A stretch of DNA of 64,000 nucleotides from Thermoanaerobaculia bacterium (GCA_036275055.1 DASUEN010000222.1:26498-90497), one strand, 5' to 3'; shown: positions 12,947-20,855, numbered from the stretch's first letter. Notes: generated from the letters alone by a model not told the origin. Numbers and translations are program-made.

Positions 12947-14137
12947 GTGTTCGTCTCCCTCGCAGGAACCCCCGCCGGCCATCTCGCTGAAGACGCCCAA
13001 GGCAGGATTTCCTTCCAATTCCTGCCTGAATACCGAAACCTCCTTCGCCCGCCCGTTCTGAGCCAGTCCTTCGTGGGCGGCCTGCACCGGACCCATCGCG
13101 GCGAGCGCCACGAGCTGCCGCCGTTCTTCGCCAACCTCCTGCCCGAGGGCCCGCTGCGGGAGCTCATCGAGCGCCGCCTGCGGATTCCGCCCGGCGACGA
13201 TCTCGCGCTGCTCGCGGCCGTGGGGGGCGATCTCCCGGGAGCGGTGGAAGTCGCAGCCGGCGAAGGAGCTGCCGAGGAGGAGCCGGCGCTCCGCTTCTCC
13301 CTCTCGGGCGTGCAGTGGAAGTTTTCGGTTCTGCGCGAGGCGGGGAGGGTGATCCTTCCCGGCCCTGGCCAGCGGGGAGATTGGATCGTCAAGCTGGATT
13401 CGGCACGGTATCCGCGGCTCGCCGAAAACGAATTCGCCGTTCTCGAATGGGCTCGCGGCGCAGGCTTCGACGTTCCCGAAAGCCACCTGCAGCCGCTCAC
13501 CTCGCTGCCGCCGGCGCTCCAGGCTCATGCTCCCGCGGGAACGAACGTGCTGGCCCTCCGGCGCTACGACCGCGACGGCCAGCGCCGCATCCACCAGGAG
13601 GACTTCGCCCAGTGGGCCGGCGTGCCGCCGCGGCTCAAGTACGAAAAGGTGTCCTACGAGCGCTGCGCGCGGTGGGTGCGGGAGGTCCTCGGAGAAGCTG
13701 CCTACTTCGAGGTCGTCAGGCGGCTGGTCTTCATGGTGGTGAGCGGCAACATGGATGCTCACCTGAAGAATTGGTCCCTGACCTACCCCGACGGTCTGAA
13801 CGCCGCCCTCGCTCCGCTCTACGATCAGGTCTGTACAGTGGTCTGGGACGATCTCCCCCGCACCCTCGCCCTCCGGTTCACCGGCACGAAGAACCTTCTG
13901 AGGATCGACGAAGAATCCTTCGCGAAGCTCGCCCGCAAGGCGCAGGCGGGCATCGAGCAGACCCGCGCGGTGGTGCACGAGGCGATGCGGCGGCTCGTCG
14001 AAAGCTGGCACGCGGCGGAGATCGGCCAGCTCCTCCCCCCGGGCCACGCCGCCTCGCTCCACCGGTACTGGGAGGAGTCGCGCCTCGTGAAGCCCTGGTT
14101 GAAGCGGTTCGGGAGTCTTCGAGGGCATAGGCGCTGA
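12947..14137 (+). CDS. HipA-family serine/threonine kinase toxin (type II TA HipA-like)
   Basis: GTG 12947 (alternative GTG 12926). N-terminal VFVSLAGTPAGHLAEDAQGRISFQF, LSGVQWKFSV, catalytic-loop-like MDAHLKNWSL. No hipB-like HTH gene immediately upstream; dnaE ends at 12908. Confidence 0.7.
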   Translation: MFVSLAGTPAGHLAEDAQGRISFQFLPEYRNLLRPPVLSQSFVGGLHRTHRGERHELPPFFANLLPEGPLRELIERRLRIPPGDDLALLAAVGGDLPGAVEVAAGEGAAEEEPALRFSLSGVQWKFSVLREAGRVILPGPGQRGDWIVKLDSARYPRLAENEFAVLEWARGAGFDVPESHLQPLTSLPPALQAHAPAGTNVLALRRYDRDGQRRIHQEDFAQWAGVPPRLKYEKVSYERCARWVREVLGEAAYFEVVRRLVFMVVSGNMDAHLKNWSLTYPDGLNAALAPLYDQVCTVVWDDLPRTLALRFTGTKNLLRIDEESFAKLARKAQAGIEQTRAVVHEAMRRLVESWHAAEIGQLLPPGHAASLHRYWEESRLVKPWLKRFGSLRGHRR

Positions 14138-14370
14138 CTTTGCTGCCTGAGAGCGCCTCCGCCCAAGACCCTCATCCCCTGCCCCTTCTCCCGCATGCCC
14201 TCACCGGAGAAGGGGGCCCGGCCGAGGCGTTCTTGCTGCTCGTCCTTACCGTCCTTGGTGTCCTTTCCGTCCTTTCTTGGCTGTTCTCCCTCTTCTCCCG
14301 GTGAGGGGGATGTTGGGGGTCGGGAGAAGAGGGCCGGGGTGATGAGGGTCTTGGGCGGGGGGCGCCCTCC

Positions 14371-14587
14371 CCCAGCCGGGTACAGGCCTGTACCGGCCCG
14401 GTATACCCCCTTCCCCAGACAGGTACACCCCCGTACCCGTCGGGCACACCCCCCTCCCCAGACCGGTACGCCCCCCTCCCCAGATGGGTACACCCCCTCC
14501 CCGGCCCGGTACGCCCCCGTACCCGGCGGGTACACCCCCCTCCCCAGGCCGGTACGGCCCCGTACCCGTCGGGTATACCCCTCCCCC
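14371..14587. repeat. degenerate tandem repeat array (about 6 units of 21-43 nt) with GGTAC-centred (near-)palindromes
   Basis: Units AGRYSGGTACRCCCCC(+/-GTACCCGKCGGGYAYACCCC)CTCCCC. Perfect palindrome GGTACAGGCCTGTACC at 14379-14394. Near-palindromes GTACCCGGCGGGTAC and GGTACGGCCCCGTACC. Lies between the convergent hipA-like gene and the minus-strand gene ending at 14590. Confidence 0.7.
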
Positions 14588-14589
14588 GG

Positions 14590-15135
14590 TCAGGCGCCGG
14601 GGGCGCCCGCCTCGGCGGCCTCGCATCCCTGCTCTCTGGGGCGGGCCGGCACCGGAAAGCTGCGGCCCAGGATCTCTCCCAACTCTCCCTGCGTCGTGGG
14701 ACCTGCCAGGTCGAGCACCACGGCCAGGCCCTCCGCCAACTGGGCGGTGCCGGTCAGCACGTTCATGACGTCGATCCACTCCGGCTCGAAGGTCTGGAGC
14801 CGCCCTTTCTCCTCCCCCTCCCGCAGCACGGCATAGCCCTCCACCGGGTGCGGGAACTGCGGCTCGCGGAGCTGGTAATAGCGGGTCCTGCGGATCACCG
14901 AACGGGCCACCACGGCCAGCCGCGCGTCCGCGAGATCCGAGAACACGGCGATCGGCTGGTCCCCGGCCTGCGGGTTTTCCCACGGCCGGAAGAGGCCGTA
15001 GCCCTCGCCGTGCCTCCAGATCACCACGGGCTTCGCGGCGTCTCCAGCCCAGGGGCCATCCGGCTCGTCCCGCTCCTTCAGGGACTCCCGGTACTCTTCA
15101 GAAAAGGCGCTTCTCGACGGCGATCCCTCGCTCAT
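14590..15135 (-). CDS. hypothetical protein
   Basis: 181 aa from ATG 15135 (MSEGSPSRSAFSEEYRESLKERDEPDG...). GAGGAGG SD on the minus strand at 15139-15147. No recognisable family. Confidence 0.5.
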   Translation of the reverse strand: MSEGSPSRSAFSEEYRESLKERDEPDGPWAGDAAKPVVIWRHGEGYGLFRPWENPQAGDQPIAVFSDLADARLAVVARSVIRRTRYYQLREPQFPHPVEGYAVLREGEEKGRLQTFEPEWIDVMNVLTGTAQLAEGLAVVLDLAGPTTQGELGEILGRSFPVPARPREQGCEAAEAGAPGA

Positions 15136-15242
15136 GCGGTCCTCCTCTCGGTTCGGGTGGGGCTTGCCAGGAGCCGTTGCCGCCAGCCGGCAAAAGTTCC
15201 GCTCGCACGCCACCTCATTCCATGGGAGGGAGTTGTACACGC

Positions 15243-15283
15243 ATGGCGACATCATCGTCAAGATGGTTTTTGCATGTCGCCAT
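15243..15283. promoter_or_regulatory. 10-bp perfect inverted repeat ATGGCGACAT-N21-ATGTCGCCAT in divergent intergenic region (candidate operator)
   Basis: Seen directly at 15243-15252 and 15274-15283, between the minus gene 14590..15135 and the XRE-family gene 15319..15768. Confidence 0.4.
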
Positions 15284-15318
15284 TGATTTCGTGGGGAGGA
15301 GCGTGGTAGAGTAGTTCC

Positions 15319-15768
15319 ATGAGCCAGGAAAAAGATGAGGTCCGCCGTCTCCTTGGGGTGCTTCAGACCCTCGTTCGTATGCTTGCCGTCTCCAGCCGAG
15401 AGATCGAGCGCCGGCTGAACCTTCAGCACGGCACCATCGGCCGGCTGTTCAGCGGCCATGTCGAGGCCAAGCTCGAGCTGGTGCTGGGAGTGAGCCGGGC
15501 GCTCGGGCTGGAATTCGAGGAGCTGTTCTCCTTCCTCTATCCCAACCGGCCGTCGACCAAGCCGGAGAGCCAGGCGGCGCGCAAGATTCGCTCCATGCTG
15601 GAGGATCTCCGGCCGGTCACCGCGGGAACCGCGGCCGCCGGGGAGCCGCCGCCGAAACCCGCCTTGCCCTTGGATCGCGGCGAGGTCAAGCAGGTCGTTC
15701 GCGAGGTTCTGGAGGAGATTGGAACGCCGAAGCCCGGCGAGCCGAAGGCGGAAAACGGCGGCCGGTAG
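15319..15768 (+). CDS. XRE-family helix-turn-helix transcriptional regulator
   Basis: 149 aa. HTH: REIERRLNLQHGTIGRLFSGHVEAKLELVLGVSRALGLEFEELF (Cro/C1-type). Confidence 0.65.
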   Translation: MSQEKDEVRRLLGVLQTLVRMLAVSSREIERRLNLQHGTIGRLFSGHVEAKLELVLGVSRALGLEFEELFSFLYPNRPSTKPESQAARKIRSMLEDLRPVTAGTAAAGEPPPKPALPLDRGEVKQVVREVLEEIGTPKPGEPKAENGGR

Positions 15769-15780
15769 AGGCCGAGCCGC

Positions 15781-17106
15781 CTATCCCAGCCTCATCTCGA
15801 TCATCTTCTTCCGCAGGTACTTGACGGAAGCTTCGATGAGCTCCAGGTTCGTGGTCTGGGCGCGGAAGGCTCCGTCCAGTAGGACGGCGGTGCCGAGGAT
15901 CTCGCGGTGGAGGCTCAAGGAGGAGAACAGGGTCGCCGCTTCGAGCCCGTGGTGCACGGCTTCGGCTTGGCGCCCCTGCCGCAGCAGGGTGAGCGCCAGG
16001 TCGAGACCGGAAAGCGCGCAGGCGAACGGCATTTCCGCTTTGGCGAACCCCTCCTTGGCTTCGCTGATGGCGATCTCCGCGCTCGCGAGTTCCAGCAGGC
16101 CGTAGCTGATCCGCCCCTCGATCCAGCGCAGCTTGAGCCCAGCCAATTTGCCCGGGCTCTTGAGCCACGAGCGGTTCTCGAAGATCGCTCTCTTCGCCTG
16201 CTTGAACCGGCCGCTCTCGACGAGAAACAGGATCTGGTCGAAGGCCGCCACCAGCGCCAGTGTCGGATCGCGGTCCGGGTTGATCAAGGAGAGCCCTTCG
16301 CCGACCTCCTGGCAGGCCTTGTCCACGTCGCCCCAGTAGAAGGTGTACAAGGCCTTGGCGATGAGGGCTTTGCCGGCGAGGTGAAGGTCGCCGTCGGCCT
16401 GGTACATCTCGGCGAGAGTGGTCAGAGACTGCAAGGCCAGCGAGAACTCGCGTAGCGTGCCGAAGAGGGAGGCTTGGAGGTCCAGCAGCCGCATCCGCAG
16501 GCTGCGGTCGCTGGAACCCAGCTGATACCACTCGAAGGCTTTGCCGAAGGCGGTTTCGGCCTCGCGGTACCTATTTGCAACTCTGTAGGCGTTCGCGAGC
16601 TCGCCCCAAGCTCTCGCTCTCAAGTCTGCCACTCGGCAAGCGCTGAACGCTTCTTGCTCGAAGCTGTCACACATTTCGACGGCCAGGTTGGCGAGGTGGC
16701 ACATCTCGCGGGGATCGTCGTAACGGACGGCCCAGCTTCGGGCGAGGAGGGCCTCGTAGACTCCCAGTCCTTCGAGCGACATCCCGCCGGTTTCCACCAA
16801 CGCTCGCAGGCCGTCTCCCGAGCGCAGCAGGGTGATGGCCCTCTGGAAACGCTGCTGCTCTGCTTCCGGCAGATACGCTATCCGGCGGACGTTCTCCAGA
16901 GCCCGGTCCAGCGCTGCCTCGTAGGCGTCGCTCTGCTTGGGCGACAGCACCTCGAGGTGTGTGCCTACTTTCCTGGTGAGCCATTCCTGCTTGACGGCTT
17001 CCTGGCAAGGTCCACAGCGCTGAAGCAGGTGCCGGATGACCTCCTTCGAGGACAGCATCTTCTCCAAGTCACCGGCCAGTCCGTTCAAAGCCTCGTGATC
17101 GCCCAT
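15781..17106 (-). CDS. zf-HC2 (HX3CX2C) anti-sigma-like N-terminus fused to TPR-repeat domain protein
   Basis: 441 aa from ATG 17106 (AGGAGG SD on minus). N-terminal MGDHEALNGLAGDLEKMLSSKEVIRHLLQRCGPCQEA contains H-x3-C-x2-C. The remainder is TPR-like helical repeats. Confidence 0.6.
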   Translation of the reverse strand: MGDHEALNGLAGDLEKMLSSKEVIRHLLQRCGPCQEAVKQEWLTRKVGTHLEVLSPKQSDAYEAALDRALENVRRIAYLPEAEQQRFQRAITLLRSGDGLRALVETGGMSLEGLGVYEALLARSWAVRYDDPREMCHLANLAVEMCDSFEQEAFSACRVADLRARAWGELANAYRVANRYREAETAFGKAFEWYQLGSSDRSLRMRLLDLQASLFGTLREFSLALQSLTTLAEMYQADGDLHLAGKALIAKALYTFYWGDVDKACQEVGEGLSLINPDRDPTLALVAAFDQILFLVESGRFKQAKRAIFENRSWLKSPGKLAGLKLRWIEGRISYGLLELASAEIAISEAKEGFAKAEMPFACALSGLDLALTLLRQGRQAEAVHHGLEAATLFSSLSLHREILGTAVLLDGAFRAQTTNLELIEASVKYLRKKMIEMRLG

Positions 17107-17186
17107 TGCCCCTCCTGCCGCCAATGCAGATCCCCGATTATAGATCTTGAAAGAGTAGAAGCGGAAGGAAGGGAACAGGGTGCCGG

Positions 17187-17519
17187 TCAACCTTTGGGGT
17201 TACCGCCGCCGGTGGTGTCTTCACAGGTTGGGCATCTGGGCATGGTCACAGTAGGCTTTGGATTGGTCGAACCGTTCGGATCCAGCCCCGGACCCTCATA
17301 GGCGAAGTAAGGAATAAGGTTGGTGTTCCTGGAGCGGGTCGCGCCACGGCCGCCTCCATCCCACAGATTGGAGAAACCCTGCTCCCACACCGCCTGGACC
17401 CACGTCCAGGCGCGGCCGGCCATTCCGAGGTCCCGGGCGTTTCCAGGAACGGCGCCGGCCGTGGCCAGCAGAACGGCGAGGACTCCCACGGTGAGGCAGC
17501 GTCGAAGATTCGAGGACAT
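17187..17519 (-). CDS. small secreted Cys-containing protein (signal peptide), first gene of operon with zf-HC2/TPR gene
   Basis: 110 aa from ATG 17519 (GGAGGGAG SD on minus). MSSNLRRCLTVGVLAVLLATAGAVPGNA signal peptide. C-terminus ...PRCPTCEDTTGGGNPKG. Confidence 0.5.
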   Translation of the reverse strand: MSSNLRRCLTVGVLAVLLATAGAVPGNARDLGMAGRAWTWVQAVWEQGFSNLWDGGGRGATRSRNTNLIPYFAYEGPGLDPNGSTNPKPTVTMPRCPTCEDTTGGGNPKG

Positions 17520-17820
17520 GTCGTGCTCTCCCTCCGCCGCGGTGCAGGCCGAACCGTCATGGCCGGCAGCCCGCGGGCTTGAGCGCCGTGGAGCACCGCA
17601 CCCCCGGGTGGAGGCAGGTCCGGTGCGGAGCGGTCTCGACGGAGACTCCCGGTTCCTAACGATACTCGCCCGGCGCTGCAAAGTTCCGCTCAACCACGCT
17701 ACCGCCCGGAAACCATTCCCATCCCGGGAATCGAAACGACCTCACCGTCGCGGGCATCCACGTCTTTCATCTCTGGTTACACGACCAGAAAAAAACCGAA
17801 AAATCATCTTCGTCACCGTA

Positions 17821-17848
17821 TTGATATTATCGTCGCCATGTGTAGAAT
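17821..17848 (+). promoter_or_regulatory. sigma70-like promoter TTGATA-N16-TAGAAT upstream of the DCoH-like gene
   Basis: -35 TTGATA 17821-17826 and -10 TAGAAT 17843-17848, in an AT-rich patch of an otherwise GC-rich region. About 75 nt upstream of ATG 17928. Confidence 0.45.
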
Positions 17849-17927
17849 GCAGCGCATCAGTGGTTGTTGCCGGATCGATCTTCCGGCGTCATGAAGGCGC
17901 CGGATTCTTGAACCAAGGAGGTTCAAA

Positions 17928-18287
17928 ATGAGAGTGACGAGTAGCATCCAGGCCATCACGGTCAAGACCCCTCTGGTACGGCAGCCTCCCGGACCGGAGC
18001 CGATCAAAGAGAGGCTGAAGCCCGAGCGGGTGCAGGAGATGCTCATGGCCGCCGCGTCCTGGCAGCTTCTGGGCGACACGGCCTGCCTGAAGCGGGAGAA
18101 GACGTTCCCCGACGCGGTGTCGGCGCTCACGTACTCCTCCCTCGTCAGCTCGCTCGCCGCGAGCCTCAAGGTGAGGGCGGGAGTGCGGCTTCAAGGGTCG
18201 CAGGTGACCGTGACCCTGGGGAGCTTGCGGAAAGGGCGCGGCCCGCTTTCCGAAGCGCAAGTGCACTTCGCCGTGCTGATCAGTTGA
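17928..18287 (+). CDS. pterin-4a-carbinolamine dehydratase (PCD/DCoH)-like fold protein lacking the His-His-Pro catalytic motif
   Basis: 119 aa. AAGGAGG SD at 17914-17920. W-x-L...LKREKTFPDAVSAL...VTVTLGS...GLSEAQVHFAVLI matches the PCD/DCoH topology, but the HHP position reads SLKVRAG. Confidence 0.6.
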   Translation: MRVTSSIQAITVKTPLVRQPPGPEPIKERLKPERVQEMLMAAASWQLLGDTACLKREKTFPDAVSALTYSSLVSSLAASLKVRAGVRLQGSQVTVTLGSLRKGRGPLSEAQVHFAVLIS

Positions 18288-18317
18288 AGACGCTTCCGGC
18301 CCGAAAGGAGGCTGACC

Positions 18318-18464
18318 ATGCCGGAAGCCACGTATTCGGAGCTGTATGAACAGTGGAAGAAGCTGCTGGCGGCCCTCCAGACGAACAAGGACGTCCCCGG
18401 AGGGACCGGGCTGCAGCACAAACAACGAACGAAAACAGAAAGGAGAGTAGGAACATGTCGAAAC
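18318..18464 (+). CDS. small ORF (48 aa) sharing N-terminal motif with the downstream gene
   Basis: AAAGGAGG SD at 18304-18311, ATG 18318. MPEATYSELYEQWKKLLAALQTNKDVPGG... Not in the ORF track (<60 aa). Confidence 0.3.
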
Positions 18465-18832
18465 TAGGATTCAACAGTACGACCGGAGGATGGGAGAAGC
18501 TGCTGACCACCGTGGAGGCGAACAAGGCGGACTTGGAATTCCTGGATCCGCTGCGTTTGCAGCTCACGGCGGCCCTCGAAGGCGCCAAGGCCGCGAACGT
18601 TCGTCAGAGCACTTCCCAGGCTCAAGTCCAGCAGGCGACCCGGGACCTGGAGAAGTTCATGGCGACCGGGCGGGACCTGGCCACGCGTCTGCGCAACGGC
18701 ATTCGGACGCAGTACGGTCTGAAGGGTGAGAAGCTCACCGAGTTCGGTCTGCAGCCGCTCCGCAAGCCGAAGAAGGCGGTGAAGCCGGCCGAGACGCCCA
18801 CGCCGGCCACCCCTGTGCCGGCCGCCAAGTAG
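18456..18832 (+). CDS. hypothetical protein (125 aa)
   Basis: AAAGGAGAG SD, ATG 18456. MSKLGFNSTTGGWEKLLTTVEANKADLEF... Lys/Pro/Thr-rich C-terminus. Real start lies inside the track ORF 18353..18832. Confidence 0.5.
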
Positions 18833-18862
18833 CAAGCTCGAAGCAGGCTCGAAGCAGGAAGA

Positions 18863-18891
18863 CCGCCGGGGGGCGCCAAGCCCCCCGGCGG
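18863..18891 (+). terminator. GC-rich 11-bp perfect stem hairpin (CCGCCGGGGGG-cgccaa-CCCCCCGGCGG) after the 18456..18832 gene
   Basis: Perfect inverted repeat seen directly. No U-tract, as is common in high-GC genomes. Confidence 0.4.
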
Positions 18892-19061
18892 GTTCGAACC
18901 CCCCGGAACCCCAGGCTGTCCGTCCCTCAAGTCCCTGTTTGTCCCTGCTGTCCCTCGACCCCGCGACGATTTCTCCTTCTCCCGGACTCATCCGCGCCGC
19001 CCCGATCCTCCGTAGAATGGAGCGAGCGCCCTTTCCGGGCGGATTCCAAGGAGGAGATGAG

Positions 19062-19676
19062 ATGAAAAAGATGGTCTCGTTAGCGAGCGGGCCCTGCGTG
19101 TGTGCCATGGTGGCGATCCTGGCATTGACCTTCCTGAGCGCGTTCCCGGTGTTTGCCCAGGCGCCCGCGAAAGCGAAGGGCGCCCCGCCGGCCGCACCCG
19201 CTGAGATGGCGCCTCCGGTCGAGCTCGGCCAGCTCTCGTTCTTCGACGGCGAATGGAGCTGCAAAGGCAAGGCGGAAGCGTCCCCCATGGGGCCGGCGCA
19301 TCCCACCGAGGCGACGGTGCGCATCAATCGCGACTTGGGCGGCTACTGGTTCGTGGGGCACTATGCCGAGAAGAAGTCGGCCGCCAATCCTCATCCCATG
19401 GTGTTCCACTTCGTGCAAGGCTACGACGCGACGGCCAAGTCGTTCACCATGGACTGCTACGACGCCTTCGGCGGCCACTGCCACCAGACCGCGACAGGCT
19501 GGAAGGACGGCAAGATCGTCTACTCCGGCCAGGGCCTGGGCAACGGTCCGCCGACGCCGGTCCGCGACACCTTCACCAAAACAGGGGAGGCGAGCCTGGA
19601 GCACGCCGGCGAAATCCAGATGGACGGCAAGTGGGTCGCCATCGACCACGAGACCTGCACGAAGGGCAAGAAGTAG
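19062..19676 (+). CDS. hypothetical secreted protein
   Basis: AGGAGGAG SD at 19048-19055, ATG 19062. MKKMVSLASGPCVCAMVAILALTFLSAFPVFAQAP signal peptide. 204 aa. Confidence 0.6.
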   Translation: MKKMVSLASGPCVCAMVAILALTFLSAFPVFAQAPAKAKGAPPAAPAEMAPPVELGQLSFFDGEWSCKGKAEASPMGPAHPTEATVRINRDLGGYWFVGHYAEKKSAANPHPMVFHFVQGYDATAKSFTMDCYDAFGGHCHQTATGWKDGKIVYSGQGLGNGPPTPVRDTFTKTGEASLEHAGEIQMDGKWVAIDHETCTKGKK

Positions 19677-19681
19677 GGACC

Positions 19682-20152
19682 TCAGCCCCGGTTCTTCCGC
19701 CGCAGGGCACGGGTGAGCACCCGGTCCAGAGTGGCGGAGAAGGTCTGCTTGTCCTTGGGGCTGTAGGGGCGCGGTCCGCCGGATTCGAGGAGGCCCGAGC
19801 CCCGCAGGCCATCCATCAGGTCGCGCACGGCGAGGCGGTCGGCCACGTTGTCCTCGGTGTACTCCTCGCCCCGCACGTCGATCACCGCGACCTGCTTTTC
19901 CACCAGGCGGGCGGCGAGGGGGATGTCGGCGGTGATGGCCACGTCCCCCGGCTCGGCGTGGTCCGCGATGTGGCGGTCCGCGACGTCGGGACCGCCCGCC
20001 ACCTGCACGGCAGTCACGAAATCGTTGTTTTCAGGAGCACTCAGCCACTGGTTGGCGACCAGCACGGTCTCCAATTGGAGGCGCCGGGCGGCGCGGAAGA
20101 CCATCTCTTTCACGTCTTGCGGTGCGGCGTCGGCATCGATCCAGATCTTCAT
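19682..20152 (-). CDS. yaiI: UPF0178/YaiI family protein (DUF188)
   Basis: MKIWIDADAAPQDVKEMVFRAARR... characteristic YaiI N-terminus. 156 aa. Confidence 0.8.
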   Translation of the reverse strand: MKIWIDADAAPQDVKEMVFRAARRLQLETVLVANQWLSAPENNDFVTAVQVAGGPDVADRHIADHAEPGDVAITADIPLAARLVEKQVAVIDVRGEEYTEDNVADRLAVRDLMDGLRGSGLLESGGPRPYSPKDKQTFSATLDRVLTRALRRKNRG

Positions 20153-20213
20153 GAAATTCCCCGTCCCTCGTCCGTCCTCTCAGCCTATCAGAAGAATCGG
20201 GTAGGATGGCGGC

Positions 20214-20855
20214 ATGACGATACACCGTATGGCGATCCTCCGGAACCTGCCTGGGACGATCGGGACGATCCTCCTGGCCCTGAGCCTGGGGCTGGCCGCC
20301 GAGAGCCGGGCCCAGGACACCAACTGCTACTGCCGGCTCGCCCTGCTGAGCGGCTCCGATCCGCTGACCGGCGGCGTCGAGATCCTGCCCTGGGAATCGC
20401 TCCACGTCTACAACACCAGCCCCTTCGAAATGGCCGATATCCAGGCCAAGAACTGCGTCTCCCGCTGCTTCGAGAGGGCGAGCCAGGACCCGCTCTTCTC
20501 CGATCCCGCCGCTCTCTGCAAGAAGCTGGCGCGCCCCTTCGACGGCCGGCGGCAAGCGGTCGCGCGGCTGGAGGACGACCCGCCGGTCAGCGCTCTCTTT
20601 TTCCCCCTGAAGTGCTGCCCCGTGTCCGCGGCTCCGGTTTCCTGCCCCAGCGGCTGGACCTCCGACCCAAAGGGCCCGGGCACCCTCAAATGCCGCCGCA
20701 ACGCAGGGCACCTCACCGCCGATCCCCTTCCCCCCAACGGCACCCCTATTGGGACCTGGGGCGTCGTGCTGGGAGCGGACATCTGGCAGTGGGGACCTCC
20801 AGCCCCGCCGCCCCCGGGGACGGCCGCGCCGGTTGAGGTTCGTCCCTGCCCGTAA
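20214..20855 (+). CDS. hypothetical secreted Cys-rich protein
   Basis: 213 aa. Signal-peptide-like ILLALSLGLAAESRAQD. Multiple Cys and a Pro-rich C-terminus. Confidence 0.45.
   Translation: MTIHRMAILRNLPGTIGTILLALSLGLAAESRAQDTNCYCRLALLSGSDPLTGGVEILPWESLHVYNTSPFEMADIQAKNCVSRCFERASQDPLFSDPAALCKKLARPFDGRRQAVARLEDDPPVSALFFPLKCCPVSAAPVSCPSGWTSDPKGPGTLKCRRNAGHLTADPLPPNGTPIGTWGVVLGADIWQWGPPAPPPPGTAAPVEVRPCP

Noticed and set aside
14371-14587. CRISPR array hypothesis for the GTAC repeat region (and for the 21-bp array at 59133-59360)
   Set aside because: Repeat units are 21-43 nt with no unique spacers of 26-40 nt between them. There are no cas genes and no leader. Architecture is tandem or iteron-like, not repeat-spacer.
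13825-14983. Minus-strand ORFs 13825..14535 and 14246..14983 with GVYP(T/S)GTG(P/A)YR(P/A)GEGG repeats
   Set aside because: These are translations of the GGTAC nucleotide repeat array in shifting frames. No start/SD, and they overlap the real hipA and 14590..15135 genes.
18863-18900. Possible tRNA T-arm-like sequence GGGTTCGAACCCCCC
   Set aside because: No acceptor/D/anticodon arms can be built around it. It is part of an 11-bp GC hairpin best interpreted as a terminator.
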